A stretch of DNA of 64,000 nucleotides, taken from NCBI GenBank assembly GCA_046318275.1, contig JBKCUW010000002.1, positions 897-64,896 of the forward strand, in the 5' to 3' direction. Shown here one piece after another: positions 1 through 10,302 of the stretch. Position 1 is the stretch's first letter. Each line of letters begins with the position of its first letter. The position numbers were made by a program, and so were the translations under genes. The DNA comes from Pirellula sp. (GTDB taxonomy: Bacteria > Planctomycetota > Planctomycetia > Pirellulales > Pirellulaceae). The notes beneath the pieces are model-generated. The model worked only from the letters and a program-made list of their open reading frames with translations, searched no databases and was not told where the DNA came from.

Positions 1-2
1 AT

Positions 3-560
3 ATCGGTGTCTTGGGGCATTCGTTCGGTGCATACACAACGATGGTGGTCTGCGGGTTGCGGCCCGCGCTCGATTGGCTGGAACCACCGATTGCTCCCGG
101 GAAAGGGTTGGGTCCAGACCTGCGCGATCAGCGAGTGAGTTGTGGCGTTGCGTTATCACCTCAGGGAGCGGATGAACCATTCTTTATTCGGGAAAGCTTT
201 GCTTCGCTTCGCGTGCCTTTGATGGGAATATCAGGTAGTCAGGACAAGCAGCAAGGGGGACTGCCCCCTATCAATCGCTATAACGCGTTTGAGCTTTGGC
301 CTCCGCGTCGCGGATCGCATTGTTTTGTGTGGTTGGCTAACGCACATCACTTGGACTTCACGGATTCAACGGGTGCTCAAAAACAAGGTATTCGGTCACC
401 CAATCGCAACGATGTGCAAAGAGTAGTTCGCGCCGCTACCCTTTTGTTTTTTGACATGCACTTAAAATCAAAATCCACTGCAGCGAGTGAATTGTCGACT
501 CAAGGCCTCAAAAAATACTTGCAGGGTGCGGTCGATAGTGTCGAGGTGCGAACTAAGTAA
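3..560 (+). CDS. alpha/beta hydrolase (dienelactone hydrolase/PAF-AH-like), 5'-truncated by window edge
   Basis: Frame is open from base 3 (IGVLGHSFGAY). GHSFG nucleophile elbow, SGSQD acid and AHHLDF His motif. Confidence 0.7.
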   Translation: MGVLGHSFGAYTTMVVCGLRPALDWLEPPIAPGKGLGPDLRDQRVSCGVALSPQGADEPFFIRESFASLRVPLMGISGSQDKQQGGLPPINRYNAFELWPPRRGSHCFVWLANAHHLDFTDSTGAQKQGIRSPNRNDVQRVVRAATLLFFDMHLKSKSTAASELSTQGLKKYLQGAVDSVEVRTK

Positions 561-654
561 GTGGTTGTAATTTTGGGGAAATGACATCCGATCGCCTTGA
601 GCTAGGATCAGTTGCTATTTGTAGCGAATCGGATCGCATTTGAGTGGAGATATC

Positions 655-1827
655 ATGCGTGAGTTATGGCAGCGTTTTATGGTAGTGGTCGGACTGCTTT
701 CGGTCGTTTCGATTGCTGCTGCGCAGGATACAGCTGTTGATCGCGTTGATGTATTCCCACCAGGGATGAATGGGGTGTCTAGGTACCGCATCCCCGGTTT
801 GGTGGTAACGCCTAAGGGAGTAGTTCTGGCCTACTGTGAGGCTCGCAGGAATAATAGTTCTGACTGGGGAGAGATCGAAGTTCATCTGCGGCGGTCGATC
901 GATGGAGGTAAGACTTGGTCGCCAGCGCAATCGATCGCCCATCGTGGAGAGCGTATCGTCTTGCCTCCTCGAAATCGAAATGAAGTGGCTCGAGAGCAAA
1001 CGGTCAACAATCCGGTAGCAATTGTGGATCAACAGACTGGATACATTGAGTTTCTTTATTGTGTTAACTATGCGAGATGTTTTTCGATGCGAAGCGAGGA
1101 TGATGGACTTACATGGAGCCAGCCGATCGAGATTACATCTGCATTTGAAGCATTTCGCAAATTCACCAACTGGAGAGTCCTAGCAACAGGCCCTGGGCAT
1201 GGTATCCAGTTGGTCAGCGGGCGATTGGTTGTGCCAGTGTGGCTCGCTTACGGGAACGAGGGAGATCACCGGCCATCCGTCTCTGGTACTATCTACAGCG
1301 ACGATCATGGAAAAAGTTGGCATGCCGGCGCGATCGCGTTCCCGAACCAAGGCGATTTTGGGAATCCTAATGAAACGATGGTCGCTCAGTTATCCGATGG
1401 CCGAGTGATGCTCGTCGCTCGCAATGAATCCAAAGCGAATCGGAAATTGATCGCTTATAGCGTCGATGGTGCTTCTGGATGGTCCGAGCCGGTATTTCAT
1501 GATCAACTATGGGAACCGATATGTATGGCTAGCCTGGTAACGCATCCATCGGCAGCGAGAGCACTTCTTTTTTCGAACCCTCATAGTTTGGCGCTCGATT
1601 CCAATGGGAAAGAGAAACCGGGTGGTCGTGGCAAACGTGTGAACCTTTCGATCAAATTGAGTCAAGACGACGGGAAAACGTGGCCATTCAGCAAGACCCT
1701 CGACGCAGGTCCTAGCGCTTACTCGGATTTAGCAGTGCTTTCCGACGGCGCAGTGCTTTGTTTGTACGAAACGGACCAGTCGATTGTTTGCGCTCGCTTC
1801 ACTCTCGAATGGATTCGAAAACCTTAA
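655..1827 (+). CDS. sialidase-family (GH33-like) BNR/Asp-box protein, secreted
   Basis: Signal peptide, RYRIP (FRIP-like) motif, Asp boxes SIDGGKTW, SEDDGLTW, SDDHGKSW, SQDDGKTW, and a C-terminal SAY..LYE. ATG 655 follows GGAGA. Confidence 0.85.
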   Translation: MRELWQRFMVVVGLLSVVSIAAAQDTAVDRVDVFPPGMNGVSRYRIPGLVVTPKGVVLAYCEARRNNSSDWGEIEVHLRRSIDGGKTWSPAQSIAHRGERIVLPPRNRNEVAREQTVNNPVAIVDQQTGYIEFLYCVNYARCFSMRSEDDGLTWSQPIEITSAFEAFRKFTNWRVLATGPGHGIQLVSGRLVVPVWLAYGNEGDHRPSVSGTIYSDDHGKSWHAGAIAFPNQGDFGNPNETMVAQLSDGRVMLVARNESKANRKLIAYSVDGASGWSEPVFHDQLWEPICMASLVTHPSAARALLFSNPHSLALDSNGKEKPGGRGKRVNLSIKLSQDDGKTWPFSKTLDAGPSAYSDLAVLSDGAVLCLYETDQSIVCARFTLEWIRKP

Positions 1828-1989
1828 AGAATAGGACTCGTCTCAATGATTGAAGCGGTTGTTCGAAAGATGCGATTATTCGATAACCTTTGCTTGTTCT
1901 CAACGAGCTTCCCAACACGGTAACACAGTTTTCACTAGGTAACATGTCTTGCAACGGTGCGCTTCTCATTAGGCCTTAAGGAATTTTTT

Positions 1990-2622
1990 ATGAAATTATC
2001 ACCCGTATTATCCATGGGAGTATCGCTTTGTCTGTTGACTCTGCCTGCATGTAGCGACAGCTCAACAGCCTTGAAACCATCTCCTACTGTAAAGCCGACG
2101 GGTGAGATTCAGCGAATCGAGAAAAAGAGCCAAGTGCACAAGTTCGAGGGGTACGTTTTCGAGCTACCTGCTCGATTCAAGCCAGTCGACGCTGGCGATA
2201 CATCATTGCCTCGGAACATTAAAGTCGCCTCGTATCATGCTCCTACGGGGAACCTCGACGGTCAAACGCCCCAGGAGTCGTTCATGGTGGCCCTCATGCC
2301 GGATGAAAACGCGGTTGCTGAGATGCGCAAAAATCCGCGGCAGGTACTTGTGAACTCGAGTGCAGGTTTTTCGGACGGGCAAGGACTTAAGGTGCTCCAG
2401 CGGGGAGAATTAAGGCCGCAGCGTATCGGAGACCAAATCATGTTTGTGATGCCGATCGTATGGTCCAATCAAGCGGGGGCTGAGATTCTCGGCTTGGCTG
2501 CAGCAGCCGCTGGCAAAGATCATGCACTCACTGTTTTTTATATGGGGTTCTCGGGCGATCATGTCGAAAACGCGAATGAAGTTGAGACTTGCTTAGGGAC
2601 ATTTGAGTACGAAGCGAAGTAA
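1990..2622 (+). CDS. hypothetical lipoprotein
   Basis: Lipobox LPAC after a hydrophobic stretch. ATG 1990 follows AAGGA. Confidence 0.6.
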   Translation: MKLSPVLSMGVSLCLLTLPACSDSSTALKPSPTVKPTGEIQRIEKKSQVHKFEGYVFELPARFKPVDAGDTSLPRNIKVASYHAPTGNLDGQTPQESFMVALMPDENAVAEMRKNPRQVLVNSSAGFSDGQGLKVLQRGELRPQRIGDQIMFVMPIVWSNQAGAEILGLAAAAAGKDHALTVFYMGFSGDHVENANEVETCLGTFEYEAK

Positions 2623-3080
2623 CGCAATCGCAAGGGCGCCCATAGTCGAGTCTCCTCCCCATGGTTTCGGCTCATCCTCGGCTTAAATAGCTAAGCGAGC
2701 AGGGCGGAAACGATTTCAATGAAGATCGAGAGCAAAAGATCGCAGCACGCCCATGCGATTTCCTGTAGCGGCCGTAGGGCCTCCGAAAAGGCTCCAAGCC
2801 ATGTCGGTTCGAGACAGGGAGACGGATCGCACCGTGTGCCTGAGTTGGATGGATTTGGACCGTCGCTGGTTTGCATAAGCGGAGCCAAAGGGGATCGATT
2901 TTCCAGTGAAATAGTTATTCTGCCCGAACCCTTGGCACGGTTTTCAACCAAACGAGGCGCGCCATCGAAACTATTTTGGCTGCCACCGAATGACTGGTTG
3001 GTCGCTATCGCGCTGCAACTAGGCTTCGAGCGTTCGAGCTGGTTCAAGCCGAATAATGTGTGCAGAATGAACCGCAGATG

Positions 3081-3098
3081 CACGGATCTCACGGATCT
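3081..3098. repeat. exact 9-bp tandem duplication CACGGATCT x2
   Basis: Read directly, in the intergenic region upstream of the amidohydrolase. Confidence 0.8.
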
Positions 3099-3197
3099 GA
3101 GTTTGCCTTTCACGATCAGCGCATCATTGGATATAACTAACGGTTGCGGGTAACTGAAATCGCCAAAAAAACTCCTGAAGCCATTGAGACTTTCCGA

Positions 3198-5321
3198 ATG
3201 AAAGCGTTGTCCTTTTTTTGTAGGTGCCTTCTCGTTTCGTTGTTCTTTACCAGCCCAACGACCATCCACGCTCAATCAGTGGATACGATTTATCACAATG
3301 GTCGGATCCTCACCATGGCGGGAACGCAGCCCGTCTATGCCGAATCCCTTGTTGTCAATGATGGGAAGATCGTGTTTGTCGGCGAAAAAGCCGTTGCGCT
3401 GAGGATGAAGGGTAACGCGACGAAAGTTGTCGATTTGGAGGGCAAAGCGCTCCTTCCTGGGTTCATCGATGCGCATAGCCATTACATCAACTCGCTCTTG
3501 GTGGCGAATCAGTGTCAGCTTTATGCACCTCCATCGGGTACTGGAAAAGACGTCCCCAGTATCATTGCGGAGCTGAAACGTTATGCCGACGAGCGAAAGA
3601 TTCCCAAGGGAGAGCTGATCATCGGCTATGGGTACGACGACACCGTAATGCCTGAAGGTCGCTTGCTCAATCGAGGGGATCTCGACGAGGCATTCCCTGA
3701 CAATCCAGTCCGAGTTGATCACGTCTCCATGCACGGCGGGGTCCTTAACAGCCTCGCCCTTAAAAAGTACGGAATCAGCGCCGATACCAAAACGCCTCCG
3801 GGTGGGGTAATTGTTCGAAAGCCTGGGTCGGAGGAACCGTGGGGGCTGATCATGGAGACTGCGTTTCTGCCGGTCTTTGAACAGTCGGAGCCGATGACCG
3901 CGCAACAAGAAATTGACGCGACACGGGCCGGCCAACTGCTGTACGCTCGTGCTGGAATCACAACCGCCCACGAAGGTGCAACGCACTATGCTCAATTGCA
4001 AACGATGAAGCGAGCCAGTGAAGTGGGTGCGAACATGATTGACATTGTGGCGTTTCCATTCATTACCGACCTCGAAAAGATCCTTGGGGAGTATCCTGCA
4101 CAAGAATGGGGGAAATACCAAAATCGCTTGAAACTCGGTGGGGTGAAAATCACGATGGATGGATCGCCTCAAGGGCGCACCGCTTTCTTTACAACTCCAT
4201 ATTTGACCGGGGGACCAAGCGGTGAAAAAGACTGGCGAGGTGAGTTGTCGTTTCCACAGGATCTCGCCAACAAGATGGTCAAGCAAGTTTACGAGCTCAA
4301 TCTCCCTCTCAATCTCCATTGCAATGGAGACGCTGCCATCGACGCGTTTTTTACCGCCTACGAATTTGCGAGAGGAGGAGATTATTCGAAGCCTTGGAAC
4401 GTGACCACGATTCACAATCAGTTCCTTCGCAAGGATCAAATTGGTAAGCTTGTGAAGTACAAGGTGCGTCCTTCTCTGTACACACTCCATACGTATTATT
4501 TTGCAGAGGCTCACATCGCGAACCGAGGCAACGATCAAGCGATGTATATCAGCCCCATGCGAGATGTCATCGATGCAGGCCTACACCCCAGCAACCACAC
4601 GGACTTTGTAGTCGCTCCGTTGGACCAGATGATGATGCTGCATTCGGCAGTGAATCGAGTCTCTCGCAAAGGGGCTGTGATCGGGAAATCGCAACAAGTA
4701 ACCCCCTTCGAAGCCTTGAAAGCCATGACGATCTGGGTCGCTGAGCAATATGGAGAACAGGACACCAAAGGAACCTTGGCCTCTGGGAAATTAGCCGATT
4801 TAGTAATCTTGGACAAAGATCCGATGCGAGTCGATCCAATGGAGCTTAAGAACATTCGCGTGCTCGAAACCATCAAGGAGGGGGTTACGATTTATCCTGC
4901 CAACAAGTCGGCGCCTGGAATTACCGCTCCTGAAGAAACCAGCAAGCAGACATACCGCTGGCGAGCTCATATCTGCGATATGGCGGAAGTGAACCAGGCA
5001 GTTGGCAAGGATTGGGTGCTGGTCAGCCTCAACGAGCAAAAGGTCAACGTCGAGATGCCTCCTACGCTTCGATTCGAGCACGGCAGAATTATGCTATTCG
5101 GTGGTGTCAATCGAATTTCAGGATCCTACGCGTTGATCCAAGACAGTGTTACGCTAGGGGATCTGGTTGGAACAAAACGTGCCGGCCCCCCAGAACTGAT
5201 GGAGCTTGAAAACTCTCTTGCGGCGACCTTGGCTACCGTCAACGGTTTTCACGTTCAGGGGGATAACATGGAACTGCTCAGCGGTGGTAAGGTCGTCGCG
5301 AGGTTCCAGACTGGTAAATGA
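3198..5321 (+). CDS. secreted amidohydrolase (YtcJ/Amidohydro_3-like) with C-terminal META domain
   Basis: LPGFIDAHSH metal motif, LKLGGVKITMDGS, HCNGDAA and GKLADLVILD. C-terminal WVLVSL..PTLRF..GGVNR..GSY META-like region. Start placed at ATG 3198 before the signal peptide. Confidence 0.85.
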   Translation: MKALSFFCRCLLVSLFFTSPTTIHAQSVDTIYHNGRILTMAGTQPVYAESLVVNDGKIVFVGEKAVALRMKGNATKVVDLEGKALLPGFIDAHSHYINSLLVANQCQLYAPPSGTGKDVPSIIAELKRYADERKIPKGELIIGYGYDDTVMPEGRLLNRGDLDEAFPDNPVRVDHVSMHGGVLNSLALKKYGISADTKTPPGGVIVRKPGSEEPWGLIMETAFLPVFEQSEPMTAQQEIDATRAGQLLYARAGITTAHEGATHYAQLQTMKRASEVGANMIDIVAFPFITDLEKILGEYPAQEWGKYQNRLKLGGVKITMDGSPQGRTAFFTTPYLTGGPSGEKDWRGELSFPQDLANKMVKQVYELNLPLNLHCNGDAAIDAFFTAYEFARGGDYSKPWNVTTIHNQFLRKDQIGKLVKYKVRPSLYTLHTYYFAEAHIANRGNDQAMYISPMRDVIDAGLHPSNHTDFVVAPLDQMMMLHSAVNRVSRKGAVIGKSQQVTPFEALKAMTIWVAEQYGEQDTKGTLASGKLADLVILDKDPMRVDPMELKNIRVLETIKEGVTIYPANKSAPGITAPEETSKQTYRWRAHICDMAEVNQAVGKDWVLVSLNEQKVNVEMPPTLRFEHGRIMLFGGVNRISGSYALIQDSVTLGDLVGTKRAGPPELMELENSLAATLATVNGFHVQGDNMELLSGGKVVARFQTGK

Positions 5322-5662
5322 CCTGCGCGATCGCTACAAAGGGTGGCGACGAGCTCGGGCGTGAAAATCACCTCGGCAATGGGCTGTTCTGCTAGCTAGA
5401 ACGCAACCGAGTCGCATACGTTGGGGCTGCAAACCCTAGGTAGCGAGCCTACCGACAGCGGCTGCATGCCAGGGGCGAGGCCAACTGCATTGCGGTCGTA
5501 GCGATCGATCTACCAGAACTCTATCGGCACTATGCCGAATAGAGTTTGCGGTAACCCATGGATCGAATCAAACATTTCTCAGCGATGAACCCTTGCCAAT
5601 GCAGCTCAGGGAATAGTAATTCATCGATAGTAGTATGCCACACACAGGACGCTACAAATTTA

Positions 5663-6703
5663 TCAGTTGACGGCTCCATTGACCGCATTGTTGCCAACGA
5701 AAAAGGTACCGTTGTTGGCAACAGGCAAGACCGGCGTCCCGCACTGACCTGAGATATTTCGGGAAACGGCTTTTCCGCCGAATGAATAGCTCAAACCACA
5801 GGAAATCGACCACAGCAATTCGTTTGAGCCGATAGGTCCTTTGCTGGAACTTGGGAACAGAAATCCGGAATTGCCATAAAGAGAAATTCGGTTTGTCATC
5901 GGTGCTGTGAATTGAGTACCCGTCGTCCAGCTTCCGAAGCTTGAATGATCCGTCAATCCAGCGTAGAGCATCGACCGGGCACCCATCGAGAAATTGTGAC
6001 TCCAGAAGAGGTTTCCTTGATTGATCGCCTCTACGGACTGACCAGGGTTGCTGGTTAAGGTCTGTGAGTTTGTATGGACCGCCCCCCAGAATCCGACTTC
6101 ATTGCAGGAGTTCATCGCAAGACCTGTGATTCCGCGGATTTGACCTAGGTAAAGACTGTCGGCCCCAACTCCCCAGTTGTTGGCGATCAGTTGGTCATAC
6201 ACGAGACCGTAGGAAAGCCTCTCATTCGCTTCTACATCGCTTCGTTTGAACAGGCCCGTTGTAATAAATCCTTGATTTTCTGTTTGGCCAGGAGCGGCGG
6301 TATCGCGTCCCTTCAAATCATATACCCCAAAGGAACCGCCGACTTGAGCACGCACCTTACGATCTCCCAGTCGAAAGCCTGTGTTCATGCCGTTTACAAA
6401 GCCAGCGCTGTTCATGTATCCAGTTGCCACGTCAGGAGGCAGCGTGGTATCCCCGATTCCTTTGTATGCTTCAACACCGGAAAAAATGGATGTGTTTTGG
6501 TACCAGTTTCCACACTCGGCCATCGCACGGCAGAAAGTTGGCTTGCTATTGGAGCACTTTGCATCCGAGCCAGACTCGGGCATCGCACTGCAACCCTCGG
6601 CGATCGGCGCGTCGGCGGCACATCGCTCTGTGTTTACCAAACCGATACCACTCAGTGTGGTCGTTGCCAGAAAGAGGGAACAAAGTGAAAATCGCATCGG
6701 CAC
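5663..6703 (-). CDS. secreted planctomycete beta-barrel-like protein (DUF6666-like)
   Basis: Signal peptide, amphipathic beta pattern, YDQL...LGQIRG segment. Family name is from recall only. Confidence 0.55.
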   Translation of the reverse strand: MPMRFSLCSLFLATTTLSGIGLVNTERCAADAPIAEGCSAMPESGSDAKCSNSKPTFCRAMAECGNWYQNTSIFSGVEAYKGIGDTTLPPDVATGYMNSAGFVNGMNTGFRLGDRKVRAQVGGSFGVYDLKGRDTAAPGQTENQGFITTGLFKRSDVEANERLSYGLVYDQLIANNWGVGADSLYLGQIRGITGLAMNSCNEVGFWGAVHTNSQTLTSNPGQSVEAINQGNLFWSHNFSMGARSMLYAGLTDHSSFGSWTTGTQFTAPMTNRISLYGNSGFLFPSSSKGPIGSNELLWSISCGLSYSFGGKAVSRNISGQCGTPVLPVANNGTFFVGNNAVNGAVN

Positions 6704-7112
6704 GCATCCCTACGTTGAAAGATAATTGTGTCTTGGTATCCCGTCGCGGCCGAGGAATTGCATCCTGCATTTCCTCGGTAAAACCACCGCGATCAGATAG
6801 AAGCCATGGCATTCCGTCGTCGGTGTATCGTCTTCCAATATGGAAGCACCTAATGCTCTCAAGGTTGTTCACATGGAATCACAGGTTTGCGATCAGACGA
6901 CCGGAAACTATGGGTTGTTCGTTACATTCCTAACAGATTACGCAACCCGCACCACGCACTGATGGATGACCGTTTTTTGAAGGCTGGGAGGGTGGCTTGT
7001 AGTTAATGCAGCGCGAGCCCCAACTCGTTGCCATGGCATTGGGGCCGGGATATAAAAAGAGCCAAAGGCGCGAACTGCATTCGCATCGTATTTCGCTGGG
7101 TACCGGTCGCAT

Positions 7113-7742
7113 ATGAATCGAGCAACAAAAGATGCAAGCCTTTATTTTGCGGAAGGATGCGGTCGTTGTCCGTTGAAAGCAACTCCCCAATGCAAAGTTC
7201 ATGCTTGGGCCAGTGAGCTCAAGTACCTCAGAGGGATCTTGTCAAAAACCGAACTTGTCGAAGAGTTGAAATGGGGCGTTCCCTGCTACACCTACAACGG
7301 GAAGAACGTCGCTATCATCGCGGCCTTTAAGGAGTATTGTTCGATTAGTTTCTTCAAGGGTGTTTTGCTTCCCGATCCGGATAGGATCTTGGTGAAACCG
7401 GGTGAGAACACACAGGCCAGTCGGTTGGTACGATTCACTTCGTTCGATCAAATCGTTGATCTTGAGCCTTCGATCCATAAACTGATTGGCCACGCTATCG
7501 ATGTTGAGCGCAAAGGGTTGCAGGTAGCTCGCGATGCAAAGCAGGAGTTGGTTTATCCCGAGGAATTGGTGACGGCATTCCAGAGTGTGAAAGGGCTTAG
7601 AAATGCCTTTGAGAAATTGACCCCAGGCCGTCAGCGTGCTTATGTACTTTTCTTTACGGCTCCCAAGCAGTCGAAAACGCGAGCCTCAAGGATTGAGAAA
7701 TGCGTTGCTCAAATCCTGGAGGGCAAAGCATTGCATGATTGA
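7113..7742 (+). CDS. YdeI/OmpD-associated family protein (DUF1801 + OmdA)
   Basis: EELKWGVPCYT, FFKGVLL, LTPGRQRAY and KQSKTRASRIEK motifs. Confidence 0.85.
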   Translation: MNRATKDASLYFAEGCGRCPLKATPQCKVHAWASELKYLRGILSKTELVEELKWGVPCYTYNGKNVAIIAAFKEYCSISFFKGVLLPDPDRILVKPGENTQASRLVRFTSFDQIVDLEPSIHKLIGHAIDVERKGLQVARDAKQELVYPEELVTAFQSVKGLRNAFEKLTPGRQRAYVLFFTAPKQSKTRASRIEKCVAQILEGKALHD

Positions 7743-7815
7743 GTCTCATGCATCCGACAATGTAAGCACCGCACATGCGACGAAGTCTCGAAAGCCAGAT
7801 GTAATACATCGTCCG

Positions 7816-8709
7816 TTACGCATCGAACAGGCTCAGGTTATTTCGAAAGTTGGACCAAAATGCATGATCGCGTTGGTACTGCTCAGGTGCGATCTGCGAC
7901 GAGAAATGGTCCAGGTAATCCAGCCATTTCGTCGCTTGCTGGCGGTATGAGAAGTCGGGGGAGGCTTGTGGGTTGACCCAGTCGGCATCTCCCGGCTCGC
8001 TAGATCCCAGGTACTCGCCGTTCTCATCGAAGTGCATATTGGCTAAGAGTAGTTGTGAGCCGATCTGCATTTGGTAGAGCATGCGGTCCTCATCGGAGAG
8101 TTCCTGCGTGGTAGCCTCCCAGGCTTTTCGAACTTCCGAGGGCGTATTGCTGTCAGGGAATCGGAACGTGGTCGCAGCGCCGACATCGGTTAATCCATCC
8201 AGATTCTCATCGACTTGAGCATCCGGAGGTAATAATAGATTCAGCGATGCTTCGGCAGACAAGGAACTTGGCTGAATCGGATTTGCAAGGTGGTGGACTT
8301 GTTGGATAGCACTCAGGTCTTCGGAAGAAAGTTTCCTTACATACGACTGAGGATCCGCGTATGCTCCGTTGTTGTAGGCGTTGCATAGAATCTTTTTATA
8401 GTCATCCCGAAGATCGGTTGCGGTTTTACCTTCACGAACACTAGGGCTGTCGCTGCCAGCGATGAAGCTGTACCGCGTCGAGCAAAATTCCTGGAACCAA
8501 TCGTCCCAGGTACCAGCGATGGAATCCGAGGAAATCGAAGAGTCATCTACGGATTGGGCGGACGTGTATCCTTTCCGCCCCACTTGTTCGAGGACTGCAG
8601 CGAAGACATCCTGAGTGTGGCTCACCGTCGAGCTGGTTGTACCCTGGACGGAACGTGAACTTGGAAAATTCGTCGCTGTAGAACCTGATGGAAAACTCGA
8701 CACCTTCAT
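7816..8709 (-). CDS. hypothetical protein with Dx[DN]xDG-like motif
   Basis: 297-aa ORF with a Ser/Thr-rich N-terminus and VDENLDG. Confidence 0.65.
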   Translation of the reverse strand: MKVSSFPSGSTATNFPSSRSVQGTTSSTVSHTQDVFAAVLEQVGRKGYTSAQSVDDSSISSDSIAGTWDDWFQEFCSTRYSFIAGSDSPSVREGKTATDLRDDYKKILCNAYNNGAYADPQSYVRKLSSEDLSAIQQVHHLANPIQPSSLSAEASLNLLLPPDAQVDENLDGLTDVGAATTFRFPDSNTPSEVRKAWEATTQELSDEDRMLYQMQIGSQLLLANMHFDENGEYLGSSEPGDADWVNPQASPDFSYRQQATKWLDYLDHFSSQIAPEQYQRDHAFWSNFRNNLSLFDA

Positions 8710-8867
8710 AACAATACTGCCCCCTTACAAATGCAAGCAAAGGAGCGCAACCCGAAAATTTCGACTCCCTAGCTATTCATCGGCAATGGATTCGCAGTAC
8801 AGAAAAGAACTTATAAAAATCGCTGCAGAGCCGATTGGATATCGGAGCGAATTTCGATTCAAAAAAA

Positions 8868-8941
8868 CAGGCCCAGAAGGATTCGAACCTTCGACCTACG
8901 GATTAGAAATCCGTTGCTCTATCCAACTGAGCTATGAGCCC
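8868..8941 (-). tRNA. tRNA-Arg(UCU), CCA not encoded
   Basis: Minus strand reads GGGCTCA-TA-GCTCAGTTGGATAGAGC-A-ACGGA TTTCTAA TCCGT-AGGTC-GAAGGTTCGAATCCTTC-TGGGCCT-G. Full cloverleaf, anticodon TCT. Confidence 0.97.
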
Positions 8942-9026
8942 CACACAGTCACCGATAGTTTAACCGCACTACGGAATGTCGAAAAGAGATGAAGTCTCGG
9001 AACGAGGCTTGCTTTCACGTTACCGG

Positions 9027-10268
9027 TCAGCTTGTTCGCAGGCTGGCGATCTTTGGGATGAGGAGCAAACTTCCGATAAAAAAGAAAACTCCGACCCAGC
9101 CAGCGATCCAGAAGTTTTCGAGTTTTCCTTGGGCATTTTCGACCACGATATTTGCAGAAATACTGGCCGCAACTCCGATCGCCAATGACTGAACGGAGCT
9201 GCTAATGCTGAGAAAAGCGGTGCGCCATTGAGGTTGCGATAAACTTGAGATCATCGCTTGGGCGGGTACCATCCGCGCGGATGTCATCACCATGTAGGTT
9301 GTCGTGACCAGTACGCAGAGCCAAGCTGATACCGGGGGGAGATGGGTTATCGCGACGGCGGGGACGACTGCCAAGCATACAACAATTTTGTAAATCAATG
9401 GCTTACCGAACCGATCGGATAGTCTTCCGACCAGTGGCATCGTTACAAAGGTAAATGCACCACCGACGATATATACGAATTGAAGGTACTCCTCCGGCAA
9501 CCCTGCGTTCTTCACCACGTATGTTGCCAGAAAAGGGACGATCAAAAATGTTTGGAAGACGAGGATGCAGGTGAACAGGAAGGCCCACCGATGGGATGGT
9601 AATTTCAGCACTCCCCAAAAAGTTCCCCAGTACCCGTGATCGCCCGAGTCCTCGTGGCTAGGAACTCTCGGTAAGAAAGTAAAGAGCAGGATCCAAATCG
9701 GGATGCACACGATCGCGAGATAGAGGAAGGGAGTTCTTGCGGATGAGTCTCGTTCTGCAAGCCACAATCCGATGGGAACGCCAACAACCGAAGCCATCGA
9801 GAACGATGTCATGATCACGCCGAGCGCATAGCCTCGACGCGATTCTCCATATAAATCGCTCGCAATCGACATTACCATCGAACCGATCAACCCGCCGCAC
9901 ACGCCGGTCATGCATCGGGCTAGAATCAGCGAGGTGAATCGGCCTGACAGGTAGCATGCAAGCGAACTGAGCAGGAACAAGAAAAGTATGACGAGCAACG
10001 TCTTGCGGCGCTCGATCCGGTTAATCCATCCAGCAGCGACAATGCCAGCGATCGACGATGCATACCCATAACTAGCGACGACATAACCGAACTGTTCTGC
10101 AGACAGACCTAATTCGTCAAAAAATCGCGGTCCCAACGGCATCACGATGATGAAGTCGAGGATGTTGACGAACTGAACCAGCGCCAATGAAAATAGGATG
10201 ATCCAATCGCGCAGGCTAAAAGCTGATCTCTTTAACGGTGGTTGCTGGTTATCGGCTTGGGGTTCCAA
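9027..10268 (-). CDS. MFS transporter (DHA1-like)
   Basis: About 12 TM segments. Motif A-like NRIERRK and GRLSDRFG. Confidence 0.9.
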   Translation of the reverse strand: MEPQADNQQPPLKRSAFSLRDWIILFSLALVQFVNILDFIIVMPLGPRFFDELGLSAEQFGYVVASYGYASSIAGIVAAGWINRIERRKTLLVILFLFLLSSLACYLSGRFTSLILARCMTGVCGGLIGSMVMSIASDLYGESRRGYALGVIMTSFSMASVVGVPIGLWLAERDSSARTPFLYLAIVCIPIWILLFTFLPRVPSHEDSGDHGYWGTFWGVLKLPSHRWAFLFTCILVFQTFLIVPFLATYVVKNAGLPEEYLQFVYIVGGAFTFVTMPLVGRLSDRFGKPLIYKIVVCLAVVPAVAITHLPPVSAWLCVLVTTTYMVMTSARMVPAQAMISSLSQPQWRTAFLSISSSVQSLAIGVAASISANIVVENAQGKLENFWIAGWVGVFFFIGSLLLIPKIASLRTS

Positions 10269-10302
10269 AGAGTCCTCATGTCTCGATGATGCGCTTAGCG
10301 AT

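Noticed and set aside
3276-4538. 420-aa ORF antisense to the amidohydrolase
   Set aside because: Shadow ORF fully inside a strongly supported gene.
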